DNA from: Octopus vulgaris
Lineage: Eukaryota
Assembly (NCBI GenBank): GCA_951406725.2
Contig: OX597821.1
Location: forward strand, 20,398,001 to 20,462,000
DNA: 64,000 nucleotides
Direction: 5' to 3'
In this document: piece after piece, positions 1-12,889 of the stretch
Layout of the letters: the number at the start of each line of letters is the position of its first letter
Numbering within the stretch: the stretch's first letter is position 1
Program-made: the position numbers and the translations under genes
Notes under the pieces: model-generated
The model's input: only the letters and a program-made list of their open reading frames with translations
Databases searched by the model: none
Told to the model about the DNA's origin: nothing

Positions 1-110
1 TATACACAAGGCACTTTCAAAACCCCCAAAACAGAGTTTGTTTAAATATGTTGTTGCATTTTAAGAAGTTATTTATTTATCATTTATATTTGGCGATATT
101 GTTATCTGCG

Positions 111-182
111 GGTAGTTTAGCTAACATGGTAGAGTACTCAGCCGATATCTAGGGTATGCGGGTTCGAACCCTAAAGCTGTCT
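111..182 (+). pseudogene. tRNA-like sequence (tRNA pseudogene or SINE head), apparent GAT anticodon
   Basis: A box TAGCTAACATGG and B box GGTTCGAACCC. Acceptor stem GGTAGTT/AGCTGTC has three G-U pairs; the anticodon stem is imperfect around CCGATAT. Confidence 0.55.
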
Positions 183-1237
183 TCTGACATTTTTTCCGTC
201 ACATAAGAGTGAAACACCCAAACTTTCAGGGCTATACTGCATTCAAATTATTACTTTCTTGATTATACTAGATAAGATCTACTCCGCCAATTCGAATTGA
301 AGAACTGTGACCTATATTGTCGTTACAGTTAATACAAATGGGATTGAAACCTAGTGAAACTTTTTCGAACAACTACTAGACGTGCACATTAATTTAATTA
401 ATTAAATTGCAATGTACCTCATTTTCTACACATTCAATGCACTAAGAACAAAAATGAGGTTCTGTTTGACAAATATTCAAACAAATATTTCCGAGAGACA
501 TTTTCAATTCGTAAATCTGCATTTCTTAACATGTTTTCCCTTGTGAGGTAAATGAAATAATTAATATACTATTTATTTCGTTGTACCGATGAGAATATAC
601 GAAAATGGAAACATACAAGATATCTAATTCTACAAATATTAACGGTTTTATCTTTGAAAGGTGGATCGATACTAAATGATATACTGCACTTCAATTATTT
701 CGTCAAGAAGTAAAAATAGAAGATAACCCTATCAAAATATTTATCTTTCTTCTACTCTTGTAAAGAAAAGATGTAAGGAGATTCTAGGAACAATTATACT
801 CAAATTCTAAACATGGAGTTATGATCTTTCCTGAAAGAAATGCACATTGAGGATTGTGGACGCAGGCGAGACAATATGCTGCCAATTGCACGTGGAAAAG
901 GTGCAGTAATGAATAACACTTCATTGAAATTGACTAGTGATAAATATCTTCTACGTTATACAGCATCACACAATGTAATGAAAGAAGACGAAAATAATGA
1001 GAATCCATGCACGTCACTGTGTGCATGCTTACATAAATACATATTTCAGGTTTATATTTTAAAGTTTATACCTGTAATTATTGGAACACTGCCTAAATAC
1101 CAACCTTGAGAAATTAGGCTTGTCAAATCCAGAAAGAAGAAAGGTAATTCGAATACTACAAATCCAAGCCATCACTGGAACTGTAAAAATCTGTAAAACT
1201 TTCCAGAAGTTTATTACTTCAGTATATATGAGGATGT

Positions 1238-1621
1238 GCGTGTAGGCGCAATGGCCCAGTGGTTAGGGCAGCGGACTCGCGGTCGTAGGATCGCGGTTTC
1301 GATTCCCAGACCGGGCATTGTGAGTGTTTATTGAGCGAAAACACCTAAAGCTTCACGAGGCTCCTGCAGGGGGTGGTGGTGATCCCTGCTGTACTCTTTC
1401 ACCACAACCTTCTCTCACTCTTTCTTCCTGTTTCTGTTGTACCTGTATTTCAAAGGGCAAGCTTTGTCACTCTCTGTGTCACTCTGGATATCCCCGAGAA
1501 CTACGTAAAGGGTGCACGTGTCTGTGGAGTGCTCAGCCACTTACACGTTAATTTCACGAGCAAGCTGTTCCGTTGATCGTATCAGCTGGGACCCTCATCA
1601 TCGTAACCGACGGAGTGCTCC
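1238..1621 (+). mobile_element. tRNA-derived SINE, family A, full length
   Basis: Head GGCGCAATGGCCCAGTGGTTAGG...GGTTTCGATTCCC with A/B boxes. 11-bp TSD TATGAGGATGT at 1227-1237 and 1622-1632. Near-identical to 25323-25705. Confidence 0.9.
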
Positions 1622-2079
1622 TATGAGGATGTCTAGGCATGCGACTATATGCATGAGATTGCATATTAAAAACAAAATTTACAAATATGTACGTATACAT
1701 GCAAACATACATACATATTAAAATTCCAATGAAGGAGTTTGGGATCTAGGTTAGAAACAGGCTTTTTCTCTGTCGACAACAAATTTTGAAATAAAACTAA
1801 ATGACATACATAAATATATACATGAGTACGTACGTACATAATACATACACATACACACGAACACACACATACACACACATATATCTTATGCAAGAATGCT
1901 GTTGACAGTGACTTCAAAGTATCGGTCACCTAAGCCATTGCCAACAACATACTTGTATAACAATAAGATTGTGTTCTACAAGAGTAGGATAATCCATGAG
2001 ATTAAAGTAATTTTTTAAATTATAGCTATATATATATAAACACAACACACACACAAACACACACACACACAAACACACA

Positions 2080-2112
<33 letters not shown>

Positions 2113-2234
2113 CTTTATTTTAAGCAGCAGAAAAATCAACAAAATCTGCTGCTTAAAATAAAGCATATTACTCTACCACTGGTATTTGAGTACTCTTTTT
2201 TCCACCTTGTTTCACATTTATGTGTTTACTCCGG

Positions 2235-2235
<1 letters not shown>
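2113..2235 (+). mobile_element. Tail-only fold-back remnant of the Penelope-like family at 46769-48540
   Basis: 2147-2235 is the reverse complement of 46769-46857; 2113-2163 is a short inverted repeat; (TA)n on both sides. Confidence 0.8.
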
Positions 2236-2266
<31 letters not shown>

Positions 2267-2513
2267 TGTACATATATGTATATGTATGTTTAGAGTGTTA
2301 AGCGAGGTGTACAGAAATTGAATATTGAGAAGAATACGTCGCCAGAATTAGGTCGACAGAGAAGGAACATCCTCCTTGCTATTCAGCATTCATTAGTTTA
2401 TTTAGTCTATAGTTTATTTAGTCTATTTAGAATAAATAAATAAATGAATAGGAATAGGAAGGGGATCCGCTTCACTCACCCCCTCTCTCTACCTATATCT
2501 ATCTATCTATCTT

Positions 2514-2550
<37 letters not shown>

Positions 2551-2841
2551 TTATCTATCTCTCTATCAAGCTATCTACCTACCTATCATTCTATCTATGT
2601 CCATTGCCACGGAACCTGCCCCCCTCCCCGAAAAAAAAACAAAAAAACAATGGTTTCCTCTTGTATCCAAAACGCCAAACATCAGCTGTTTTATGCAAAT
2701 GAAAAAGATGTGTGTATATTTATAAAATTCTATTTGACAAGTTCGGGAAACCAACGAAAGTGCTTAGAATAATGAAGAAATAAAAATAAGTTTTTCCAAA
2801 ATCCTGGCGACCACATTTCTCAATATATATATATGTATATA

Positions 2842-2900
<59 letters not shown>

Positions 2901-2986
2901 ACATATATATGTATATATGTATGTATATATATTTGAATTATATATATATATATATATATACATACATGTATGTAAATATATATATA

Positions 2987-3025
<39 letters not shown>

Positions 3026-3026
3026 A

Positions 3027-3083
<57 letters not shown>

Positions 3084-3091
3084 TATATATA

Positions 3092-3129
<38 letters not shown>

Positions 3130-3131
<2 letters not shown>

Positions 3132-3230
3132 CCTTAAATCCTTAAAAATGTTTTAGCCCAAAGGCCGCGGCCATGCTGGGGCACCACCGCCGAAAAATAT
3201 GGAACGCTTCACGAATTTGCGCGTTATCCT
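3130..3230 (-). pseudogene. 5'-truncated U6 snRNA / LINE-tail chimera (copy 2)
   Basis: Last about 38 nt of U6 (AGGATAACGCGCAAATTCGTGAAGCGTTCCATATTTTT) followed by the same tail as 3393-3455. Confidence 0.85.
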
Positions 3231-3347
3231 ATATGTATATATGTATGTATATATATATTTGAATTATATATATATATGTATGTATATATATTTGAATTAT
3301 ATATATATATATATACATACATGTATATATATATGTATATATGTATG

Positions 3348-3392
<45 letters not shown>

Positions 3393-3396
<4 letters not shown>

Positions 3397-3556
3397 TTAA
3401 ATCCTTAAAAATGTTTTAGCCCAAAGGCTGCGGCCATACTGGGGCACCACCGCCGAAAAATATGGAACGCTTCACGAATTTGCGTGTCATCCTTGCGCAG
3501 GGGCCATGCTAATTTCCTTTGTATCGTTCCAATTTTAGAATATGTACTGCCGTAGC

Positions 3557-3557
<1 letters not shown>
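3393..3557 (-). pseudogene. U6: Near full-length U6 snRNA retrocopy (3456-3557) fused to a LINE-type 3' tail (3393-3455)
   Basis: Minus strand reads CGCTACGGCAGTACATATTCTAAAATTGGAACGATACAAAGGAAATTAGCATGGCCCCTGCGCAAGGATGACACGCAAATTCGTGAAGCGTTCCATATTTTT. The ACAGAGA box is mutated to ACAAAGG. Only (TA)n lies upstream, so no external promoter. Confidence 0.93.
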
Positions 3558-3600
<43 letters not shown>

Positions 3601-3604
<4 letters not shown>

Positions 3605-3894
3605 ATCATAATATTAGGGAGTAAATCCAAGCTTACAGGGAAAAATTAGATTTGGGATTAAATCTAATTTCACAGTATAAATATAAATATAAATATAAAT
3701 TAAATTAGAGATAAAACCAATATTAGGCAAATCAAACAGTGAAAAACATAAAACAAAACATAAAAATAATAAATATAATATACAAAATATATATAAAATA
3801 TAAAATTTTAAAATTTCAATTATTTAAATTTAAAATTTAAATTATTAATTTATATTTATAATTTTTATTTTTATTTTTTATTTATTTATTTATT

Positions 3895-3987
<93 letters not shown>

Positions 3988-4600
3988 TTTAAATTAAATA
4001 TATATAACTATCAAAATGTATCAAAATTTTAATATAAGATAAAATGTAAAACTACTACGTACGTTTCATGCCCATAACCTAATTCGAATTACGATAAATT
4101 AAATTCAATTAATAATTTAAATTATGGTTATAGTCAATCTTCAGGTTAAAGATAATAGTTAAATAAATAAGCAAATATATTTTTAAAATATTTTTTAAGA
4201 AATAAATAAAATAATGATTTTACTTATAAAAAACTCTATTATCAATGATTATATCATACAATATAATTATAATGTTAAATATTAATTTTGAAGGTAAGAA
4301 TAGATAGAAAATGTAATTATCTATTCAGATATAATATGTCTTTAAAAAAACATTATAAACTCACGAATAACCTAATCTCAGTTATAGTCAATATCTAATT
4401 ACCTAATTATTTAACAAAAAAGTAATCAAAAAAATAATCACTATTCATATTATTAAATTTAAGTTCAAATCAAATAATTATAAAATATTTGAATAACTAA
4501 ATTATCAATAAATATATATAAATAAATATAAATATAAGAATTAAGATCTAAAATTAAATTAATGCTTTTAAATATATTTCCATTGTATTCAAATACAAGG
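3601..4600 (-). mobile_element. Very AT-rich non-coding element with hammerhead-like motif (Penelope pLTR or retrozyme-like)
   Basis: Homologous in reverse to about 45180-45960; terminal 120 bp shared with 15262-15375; abuts (TA)n. Confidence 0.65.
4053..4147 (-). ncRNA. Type I hammerhead ribozyme-like motif, long stem II
   Basis: CTGAAGA-TTGACTATAACC...GGTTATGGGCAT-GAAAC-GTAC-GTA on the minus strand; stem I is weak. Confidence 0.65.
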
Positions 4601-4792
4601 GAAATTTTCCTTTTTTTGTCTGTCTGACTGTATCTCTCTCTCTCCCTCTCTTACCTTTGTGAATGTTCGTTAGTAGGTAGTAGCAGATCTAAAATAATTC
4701 TTTTAGATCTGCTACTACCTATTACCGAACCTTCAGAAAGCATCGATTGCCAAGCTATGCTGTCGTCAGAGACACAGACGCAAAATCGTATA

Positions 4793-4838
<46 letters not shown>

Positions 4839-5428
4839 CATATATATATACACACACACACGCATACACTTCATACGCACTTTCTGACAAGTTGTGGTGT
4901 TCCTGAGCACTGTATACAACAATTTCATTATATTTATTATATATTATTTAAATTTTAAGTAGCCACGTTCTTTAATCGGTAAATTCGCTGCGGTAATTTC
5001 AGCGCGCCAAAATGAAGCCATTTGAAATAGACTCTGATACATAATTGGCGGAACTTTACAGACGTTCTCTTTTGAGAACGCCTAGTTCTATGAATTTTGC
5101 ATTCCTGCAAAGACTTCACTGATGAACTATGGACGATCGCATTAGTGACCGTTTGTAGCGAAAACTGAGATATGAAATTTATTGCCAAGTTTTGGTTCTT
5201 TTCATTTATCTTGCGTGCTTACGATCTAGCGGTTGCTGAAATTTCTTTAGAACACAGTCTTCGTGGTAATGCGATCTAGCGTCTTTTATACAATAATAAG
5301 TCGACCTTAGTTGTTATTCTTATATATGTAATATAATTCATAGTCTTCGGATGTTTTTAAGTATGATAGGCTATTGGTTTAAATTGATATTAATTGATAT
5401 AATATCAATTTCTACACTCATTATTTAA

Positions 5429-5470
<42 letters not shown>

Positions 5471-5622
5471 ACAACCACACAATCATGAAAACAAATATTA
5501 TGAATCAGATATTTATTAGGTTAATTTATATATATATATATATATGTATGTGTATGTGTTCTATATATAAATATGTATATATAATTCATATATGCAAAGT
5601 GTATATAACTGTATTTATATAT

Positions 5623-5920
5623 ATCACGTGATCACGTGACCGCCCAGTCCATCAGATGTTGTTACACATCGCTGGTCACAATGCGTTCGCATTGTTTTAG
5701 CCTTCGAATGACGCCACCCCGCTGGCTAAGCGAGCAGGCCAACAGAAGAAAGAGTGGGAGAAAGAGTGGTGAAAGAGTACAGCAGGGTTCACCACCCCCT
5801 GCCGGAGCATCGTGGAGCTTTTAGGTGTTTTCGCTCAATAAACACACACAACGCCCGGGAATCGAAACCGCGATTCTGCGACAGCGGGTCCGCTGCCCTA
5901 ACCACTAGGCCATTGCGCCT

Positions 5921-5922
<2 letters not shown>
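5623..5922 (-). mobile_element. tRNA-derived SINE with family A head/core and a different 3' tail
   Basis: 5740-5922 matches the reverse complement of the family A head/core; 5623-5740 is unrelated to the family A tail. Confidence 0.85.
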
Positions 5923-5988
<66 letters not shown>

Positions 5989-6475
5989 TCATATATATAT
6001 GAATGTATGAATAGGTTTGTATATGTGTGCATATGAATTCTTGTGTGGGTAGGACTTGTTTCCTCAACGATTTAATGTCTAATTCCCCGAAGGAACTGGT
6101 GTGTCTGAGATTATAATAATGGTATCACGTACTCGAATCGAACCAACGGACGGGTGGTCGATAATTCAAATTCTCATCTGTATATTTCCGAGCATAAGGC
6201 AGTCAATTAAAGGGGAAGAAATACACATGAATAGTGTCTTTGTAATCAAAATGTTAGATCTAAAAGTCAATTTCAGTCACTCGGTGTAATGATAATGATA
6301 TTCGCATGCATAAGTATCAATTTACATACAGGCACTCATGCAGCTAGTCGTAGATTACACTCTCGCAGATGCTCATGCATAAATACAAAGACACACAGAA
6401 ATACACCTGTACCTGCCCCTCTATACTTCTCTGTTTCTGTCTGACTGACTGTCCCATCTCTGTGTATCTCTCTCC

Positions 6476-6856
<381 letters not shown>

Positions 6857-7074
6857 ACATGTATAAATATTGTATTGTTGAAAGTATTATAGAAGTCTTT
6901 TATTGCGAAATATATTATAAAATGTCAGACAATGAAGAAAAATAAAATCCTCCCCCCATTCTATTCACTCTCTTGGGAATCAAAACGTTCAAAATATTGT
7001 TAGAGGTACGCAAACATATAAACTATATATACCGAGAAAGAAAAATACTTTATGAAGAAACTAAACAATGCGAA

Positions 7075-7260
7075 GAGTAGAAGTAGCGAAAACAGTAGCA
7101 GTAGTAGTAGCAGCTGTAGCATCATCATCATCATCATCATCATTATTGTCACTGTCATTATCATCGTCATCATTATAATCATCAGCAGCAACAACAGTAA
7201 CAGCCGCGGATATACCAGTAGCTATAGGCATAGTAATAGTAGTAGTAGTAGTAGTTGTCA

Positions 7261-7340
<80 letters not shown>

Positions 7341-7450
7341 TCGTGGTGGTGGTGCTTGTGTTAGTGGCAATGGTGTAATGTTGGCGTCGTCGGCGTTGTT
7401 AGAATAGGATCAACAACATCAATAATAATAATAATAGTAACAACAACAAC

Positions 7451-7500
<50 letters not shown>

Positions 7501-7510
7501 TAATAATAGC
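7075..7510. repeat. Compound trinucleotide repeats (AGC/ATC/TAG/AAT)
   Basis: Direct reading. Confidence 0.95.
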
Positions 7511-7780
7511 CTCTTGAGTAAACTAGGTAAAACGGAAATAATTTATGGCAAAAAAAGGAAGGGGAAAAATTCTGGAAAATTGCCAAGAATATTGAATATA
7601 AGGAAGAAAGCAAGATATGCATTAGTATTTCGAAATTCTGGGCAAAGAATGAATATATAACAAAATGGCTGAAAAGCACTGGATTCAGGACAGGGAATAA
7701 AACAAATTCTAGGTGCACATGTTCTAAATCGTCCTCACTAAACTGTAGTTCAGTGTTGACATATCACTACTACCTGCGTC

Positions 7781-7910
<130 letters not shown>

Positions 7911-9954
7911 CTTTCAATATATATGTATATATAAATCATTTTTCAAATTTTCAGATCAAAATTTCCACCACAACATCAGTATTACTCCATTTTCAGTAAA
8001 ACTTCAATAAAAATGTTATAATCCCCCACGTCAAACATTAGATCTATCATAGCTGCTCGCAATAGTCGCAAACTAGGCGGTCAGTCTATTGAACATTTGA
8101 ATCCCTGTATAACACTCCAATTGGATCCGGACAATAATAGTACCACAGCTATTAATAACTCTGCTAGGTTAAATAATTATAAAATGATGACATTATCCTG
8201 CAAACCTAATTACCAAATAATGGATGCCAGTTCGAACATAACCATTCATCCCATTTCTGTTATAAATTCCAATTTATTCCCTCCTTACTGACACGTCGAC
8301 GTTACTTAACTGAGAATCTGAGACGGGCTACAACTCTGGGTCAGAGTAAACCTGGGAAGTTTATACTACATTCGTAACACGAAAATGATAGGTAGTCTGT
8401 GTACTGCTTAGTCTGTCAAGAAGCTAATATACAAGATATTGTATGAACTAGAAAAGGGTGTCGCTACCGTATAGCAGACACATTGAATCCCTTGGAGGTA
8501 AAGCCTATTTTCGAATAACAAAATTACATTTTTATATTATAATAATAATACTGATCAATGCGGTACAAATAATCAAAACATTCCAATTATTAACCACAGC
8601 TCCATCACAATCTTTTAAAGCGTGTAAGTTTATTGAGTCCGATTCTATAGAATGTTCCGAAGTTTACCATCTAAAGTTATTCCTTTTCGAATTACGTTAC
8701 AGGGGCATATCAAATAATCAGGAAACTACTAGGGTTTACAGGAAAGAGATTAGTTTTAGATCTAACCGACGGTAAACTCAATCCGTCGCCGGGATTAACT
8801 CCATCATCTGATTACTGTAATGCATTTAGTGGTATCCATTGTGCGAGGTCTTTTGCTTCATGATACTTTCCTCACTCTCTCATGCTAATCCGAGAGACCC
8901 TGCAACGGATCAAGCGCATTATTTTCCTACTAACTGAAAATTTGGAAACTAATTAGTGTGGTTAGGAATTAAATAATTTAAATAAATTGTAAAATTACAC
9001 AATCTGTAAACTAGGAAATAGATAAAAATAGAAGTGAGATTGCATATCATTCATGAAGTAGCGAATGGTGTAGAAAAGGCTCCCACGAAGATAACTTGTT
9101 GATTGTCCGAAAGCTTAATCAAGCCATCATTTAATTAGTTAAATGGTTAACTAGTCGAATGATAATAATGATACAAGAAGTGAAATAAAACTAGTCCATG
9201 GTCACCCTTCCAAGATAGAACAATATGCAAACCAAATGCATAAATGCAATATTAAAACAGTAAAAAAATTCCCCTCAATACATAAGGAAACAATAAAATC
9301 CACACTAGAAGTTAATTACATGGAAATAATAGATTTTAAAAAAAGAACAAAACATTGAACATGAAATGAAAAGCCATGAGTTTAAATAAATCTAAACAGA
9401 ATTTCAATATATTTTAACATTAAATAGTTAGAAAAACTACTCCATGACCTATACGCCACGTGAGTTTTTAGAGACGAAGTAAACAAGAAACAAGATTGAA
9501 TGTTATAATGGAATGGATATTCCGTTTATACTACGACTACTGGTTCTCCTGTAACACGGGTTTGCACTCAATGTAAATTACGATCCATTGTTCGCCTAAC
9601 ATTTGTTGGGAGGCAACCCGCTATGTCATTACAAGGATATTTTCGAATTATGAATCATGTACTACCAAGGTCGATTTATTCATGACATTCCTCAGTCTGA
9701 ACCTACTCTCAGTGTGTATGTATGCGTGTGTGTGTGTGAGTGTGTGTGTGTGTGAGTGTGTGTGTGGGTGTGTGTGTGTATGTATGTGCGACCATCATTT
9801 AAAGTATCAATGTTTATGTTCCGTTGTCTGAAGGTTTCAAATCGTGCATCTGTTCACATACACGCATTCATACACACACAAACATATACATACACGTGCG
9901 TGCCTGTAGAATGTTGAACTGTGACTCACGAGTTGATATATATAAGGAAAATAT

Positions 9955-10138
9955 GACCTATTTTCCTTGTGAGTACCGTTGCCGATTTTTTTTCCTCTGT
10001 CTTCACTTCTCGGGATCTTTCCTTCTCCTATGTTTCCTCCTTCTTCCCTTCTTTCCTGAGCGTCCGATAATACTTTATTTGTTCCACGTCCTCGCGTTGT
10101 TGTGTTTTTTTTGTTTTTTTGTGTTTTCTTGTTGGGAT

Positions 10139-10142
<4 letters not shown>
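9955..10142 (+). mobile_element. Probable 3' tail fragment of a Penelope-like element
   Basis: Pyrimidine-rich tail with CCTGAGCGT...TTTGTT resembling 13690-13785; ends in (TA)n. Confidence 0.4.
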
Positions 10143-10215
<73 letters not shown>

Positions 10216-10249
10216 GTATATATGTATATATGTATGTATGTATACACAT

Positions 10250-12560
10250 GCAGAAACATCCGTAAGTTGTTGGGTTGAAAGAAGCTGCTAAAATTGTACT
10301 ATGAATATTGAAATTGATTCACTTAGATTATACTGAACACATATTGGAAATGGTTGTTAACTTTCATGTAGACGACAGAGCTTCTTTTCCTCTGGCCAAT
10401 TTTACCATGGGTACATATAAACTTCTAATCTCTGATCTATAGTATTTCAGCCTATAAATGAAGCAAACATCACATACACTTTGGCGTATGTCTAGTACAC
10501 GATAAGCAAATAAGGGCTTTAATTTATTGAAGGTAATTATTACAACAAACAGACGAATATTGCGTGACGTTGACAATGCCAATTCATCATTCTTAATTAT
10601 TCTGCAAATTTCACTTTGTTGATTATATAGTAAAAAACTTCATTACGAACAATGTTTTAGATTTTACCAGTAAGGGCAAAAATGAAAAGATTGTTCTTGC
10701 TCCTCAATCTTCATGTCCCAACATATAACTGACCGTGTGAGAAACAGTGGCCTTCTAATTGCAAGCCAGCGACCTTTAAAGTCTGATCTTCGGACGTATT
10801 AATGGACACCGCAAAAGACAGATGTATTGGAAATAGAAATCATTTGGACTCTAAGGGTATTTTGGAAGGTATTAAAGGTGAACGATGATTAAAAACATCT
10901 GCACCTTTTCCAAAGCCAGAAATTATTGTGGCCTGTATGACATTTCTCTTTAATTTCTTGACAAGTCTTCTGCCATTGCAGAGCTTTGGTTGAGAAAGAT
11001 TGCGTAGAAGCATGATTGGAGAGCTTATTTTCAATGGAAGGCAATGAGGAGACAATAAGGTGACTGCAGTGAGTTAAAGAACTCACCTGAGTAATCGACT
11101 ATTTCCGACTCATCCGCAACAGAGTCTTTAGATTTTTAAGTATGTTCGTTTCCTGGTAAAAGTTTCTGGAGACTCATTTAGATTGTTCATAGTGATGTTC
11201 TTTGCTGGCATAATTGCTCTTTCGTACAACCAAGTAGCATTTGTGCAATTTGAAATTATATCAAGGTGCAGATTTTTGATGGATTCAAGTCAGCTTCATG
11301 ATTGGTATCCATCCTTCCTTCTCCAAGATACAAAATAGTACGGGCAAATGGTTCCGACAGATGATCCCCACGCAAATGTGCTCCCATTTTTGTAGAAAGC
11401 TTAAAAACTGATATGTTTCTAGAAAATAGAATATTTCAAGAATGCTTTCAATTTCATCATCCTATATTCCCCTGGGGATCACTGGAAAATGTTTTCTCAA
11501 ATCACCTGAAAGTATTATTGTCACAGCTTGCATCAAACAATTGGAATTGCGCAAATCTTGCAAAATTCTGTTAAAAGATTCTACTGATTTTCTATGAAAC
11601 ATTGTAGCTTCGTCTCATATGATGAAATAACATTTGAAACCTTGAGCGAAAAAAGAACTTTTTATTAACATTGCAAAAAAGTTTCATCATTTGAAGTTAG
11701 ATTGAATGGCAGCTTCAACGCTGCGTGAGCTGTTCGACTTCCTTAGAGAAAAGCTGCAGGAATTCCAGAACTCGTTACAGCTAAGGCTATTTCCCTTTTC
11801 TACCAGAATTCGGCTGGCTCTAAATTTGTAACAAAGTTGTTGAAGTTCCTACTGGTGCGTCTAAAAAATATAACCCTTCTCACTTATGTGTCTCTTGATC
11901 AGTGATTCCTGTATATGCAAGTTGTTGTTCTGGCAAATATTTCGGGACATTTACTTCAAGGTAGTCGGTCCTCTTATTTCATGAAGAAGCAACCGCAAAA
12001 CTTCTGTGATCAAATTATCACCTCATTTCGATGAGTGTCAGGTGATCCAAGCATGCTCAGCTCCTCCCCTCCCATTGAAACAATGTGATCTTCAATATCA
12101 ACGAATGCATAATCATATATGACATCGTTGAATGCTATTCCCCTCTAAGGGAATCTTAATCGTGCTTGCTATTTGTAGTCTTCTGATACTTCATTTTAAT
12201 ATTTTTGTGACAATGCTAATGGATTACTTACTTCACAATTCAGGACAAGAATTGCAAAATGACCTCTCAAAGAAATAGGTGCACGTGACACTGAAGCCTC
12301 AGTCATTGTTTTATCCCACTGGTTGTCATCTAACAAATTGAAGGCAAAACAGGCTTCTGTATAAGTACAAACAGTTTGACCATCAACCCTTCTTAGGAAG
12401 GAGAAGGTAGTCGGTCCTCTTATTTCATGAAGAAGCAACCTCAAAAAGAAACGTTCATAGTAACTCGGATGCACAAAGTAAACTCTTCCGATTGTCGAGT
12501 AAAAAGCTTTTATACTTTTATATAACCCTCATCGTCAGCTCCTCTTTTTCTTATAGCAAT
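10250..12560 (-). mobile_element. Decayed Helitron, RepHel PIF1-type helicase region (pseudogene)
   Basis: Minus-strand fragments: HPSYYERFFLRLLLHEIRGPTTF, DAPVGT (Walker A relic), [62 protein letters not shown]. Many stops and frameshifts. Confidence 0.9.
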
Positions 12561-12889
12561 ATAAAAAAGTAGAGGTTATTTCAGTTCCACACACATACAC
12601 GCACACACATTCACACAAAGACAGACATGCTGTTATGTGTGTGATAATATTACCCATGTGGCATACCTACAGCAGAGTGCCCCACCGAATTTGTTTCTTC
12701 CTATGCTTTGGGAAAATGGGTATTTTCAAATGAAAAGTTGTACAAGTAAGCTGCAATAAGATAGAAGAATAACAGATGACTTCCTAATTTCTGATGTGGA
12801 ATACGTGAAAAAAAGAAAAAATGTTGAAATGAAATTTAAGTTACGGTTCTATTCTGAAGGGATGTAGAGCATAAAACCAAAGTGATCTT

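Noticed and set aside
2833-3408. Poly-IY, poly-YI and poly-CV ORFs here and throughout
   Set aside because: Translations of (TA)n and (TG)n microsatellites, which lack stop codons.
3456-3557. Functional U6 snRNA gene
   Set aside because: ACAGAGA box mutated, first nucleotides missing, no PSE upstream, retroelement tail attached.
9080-9130. Possible hammerhead (CGAAGA...GAAAGC)
   Set aside because: Core and stems too degenerate to support.
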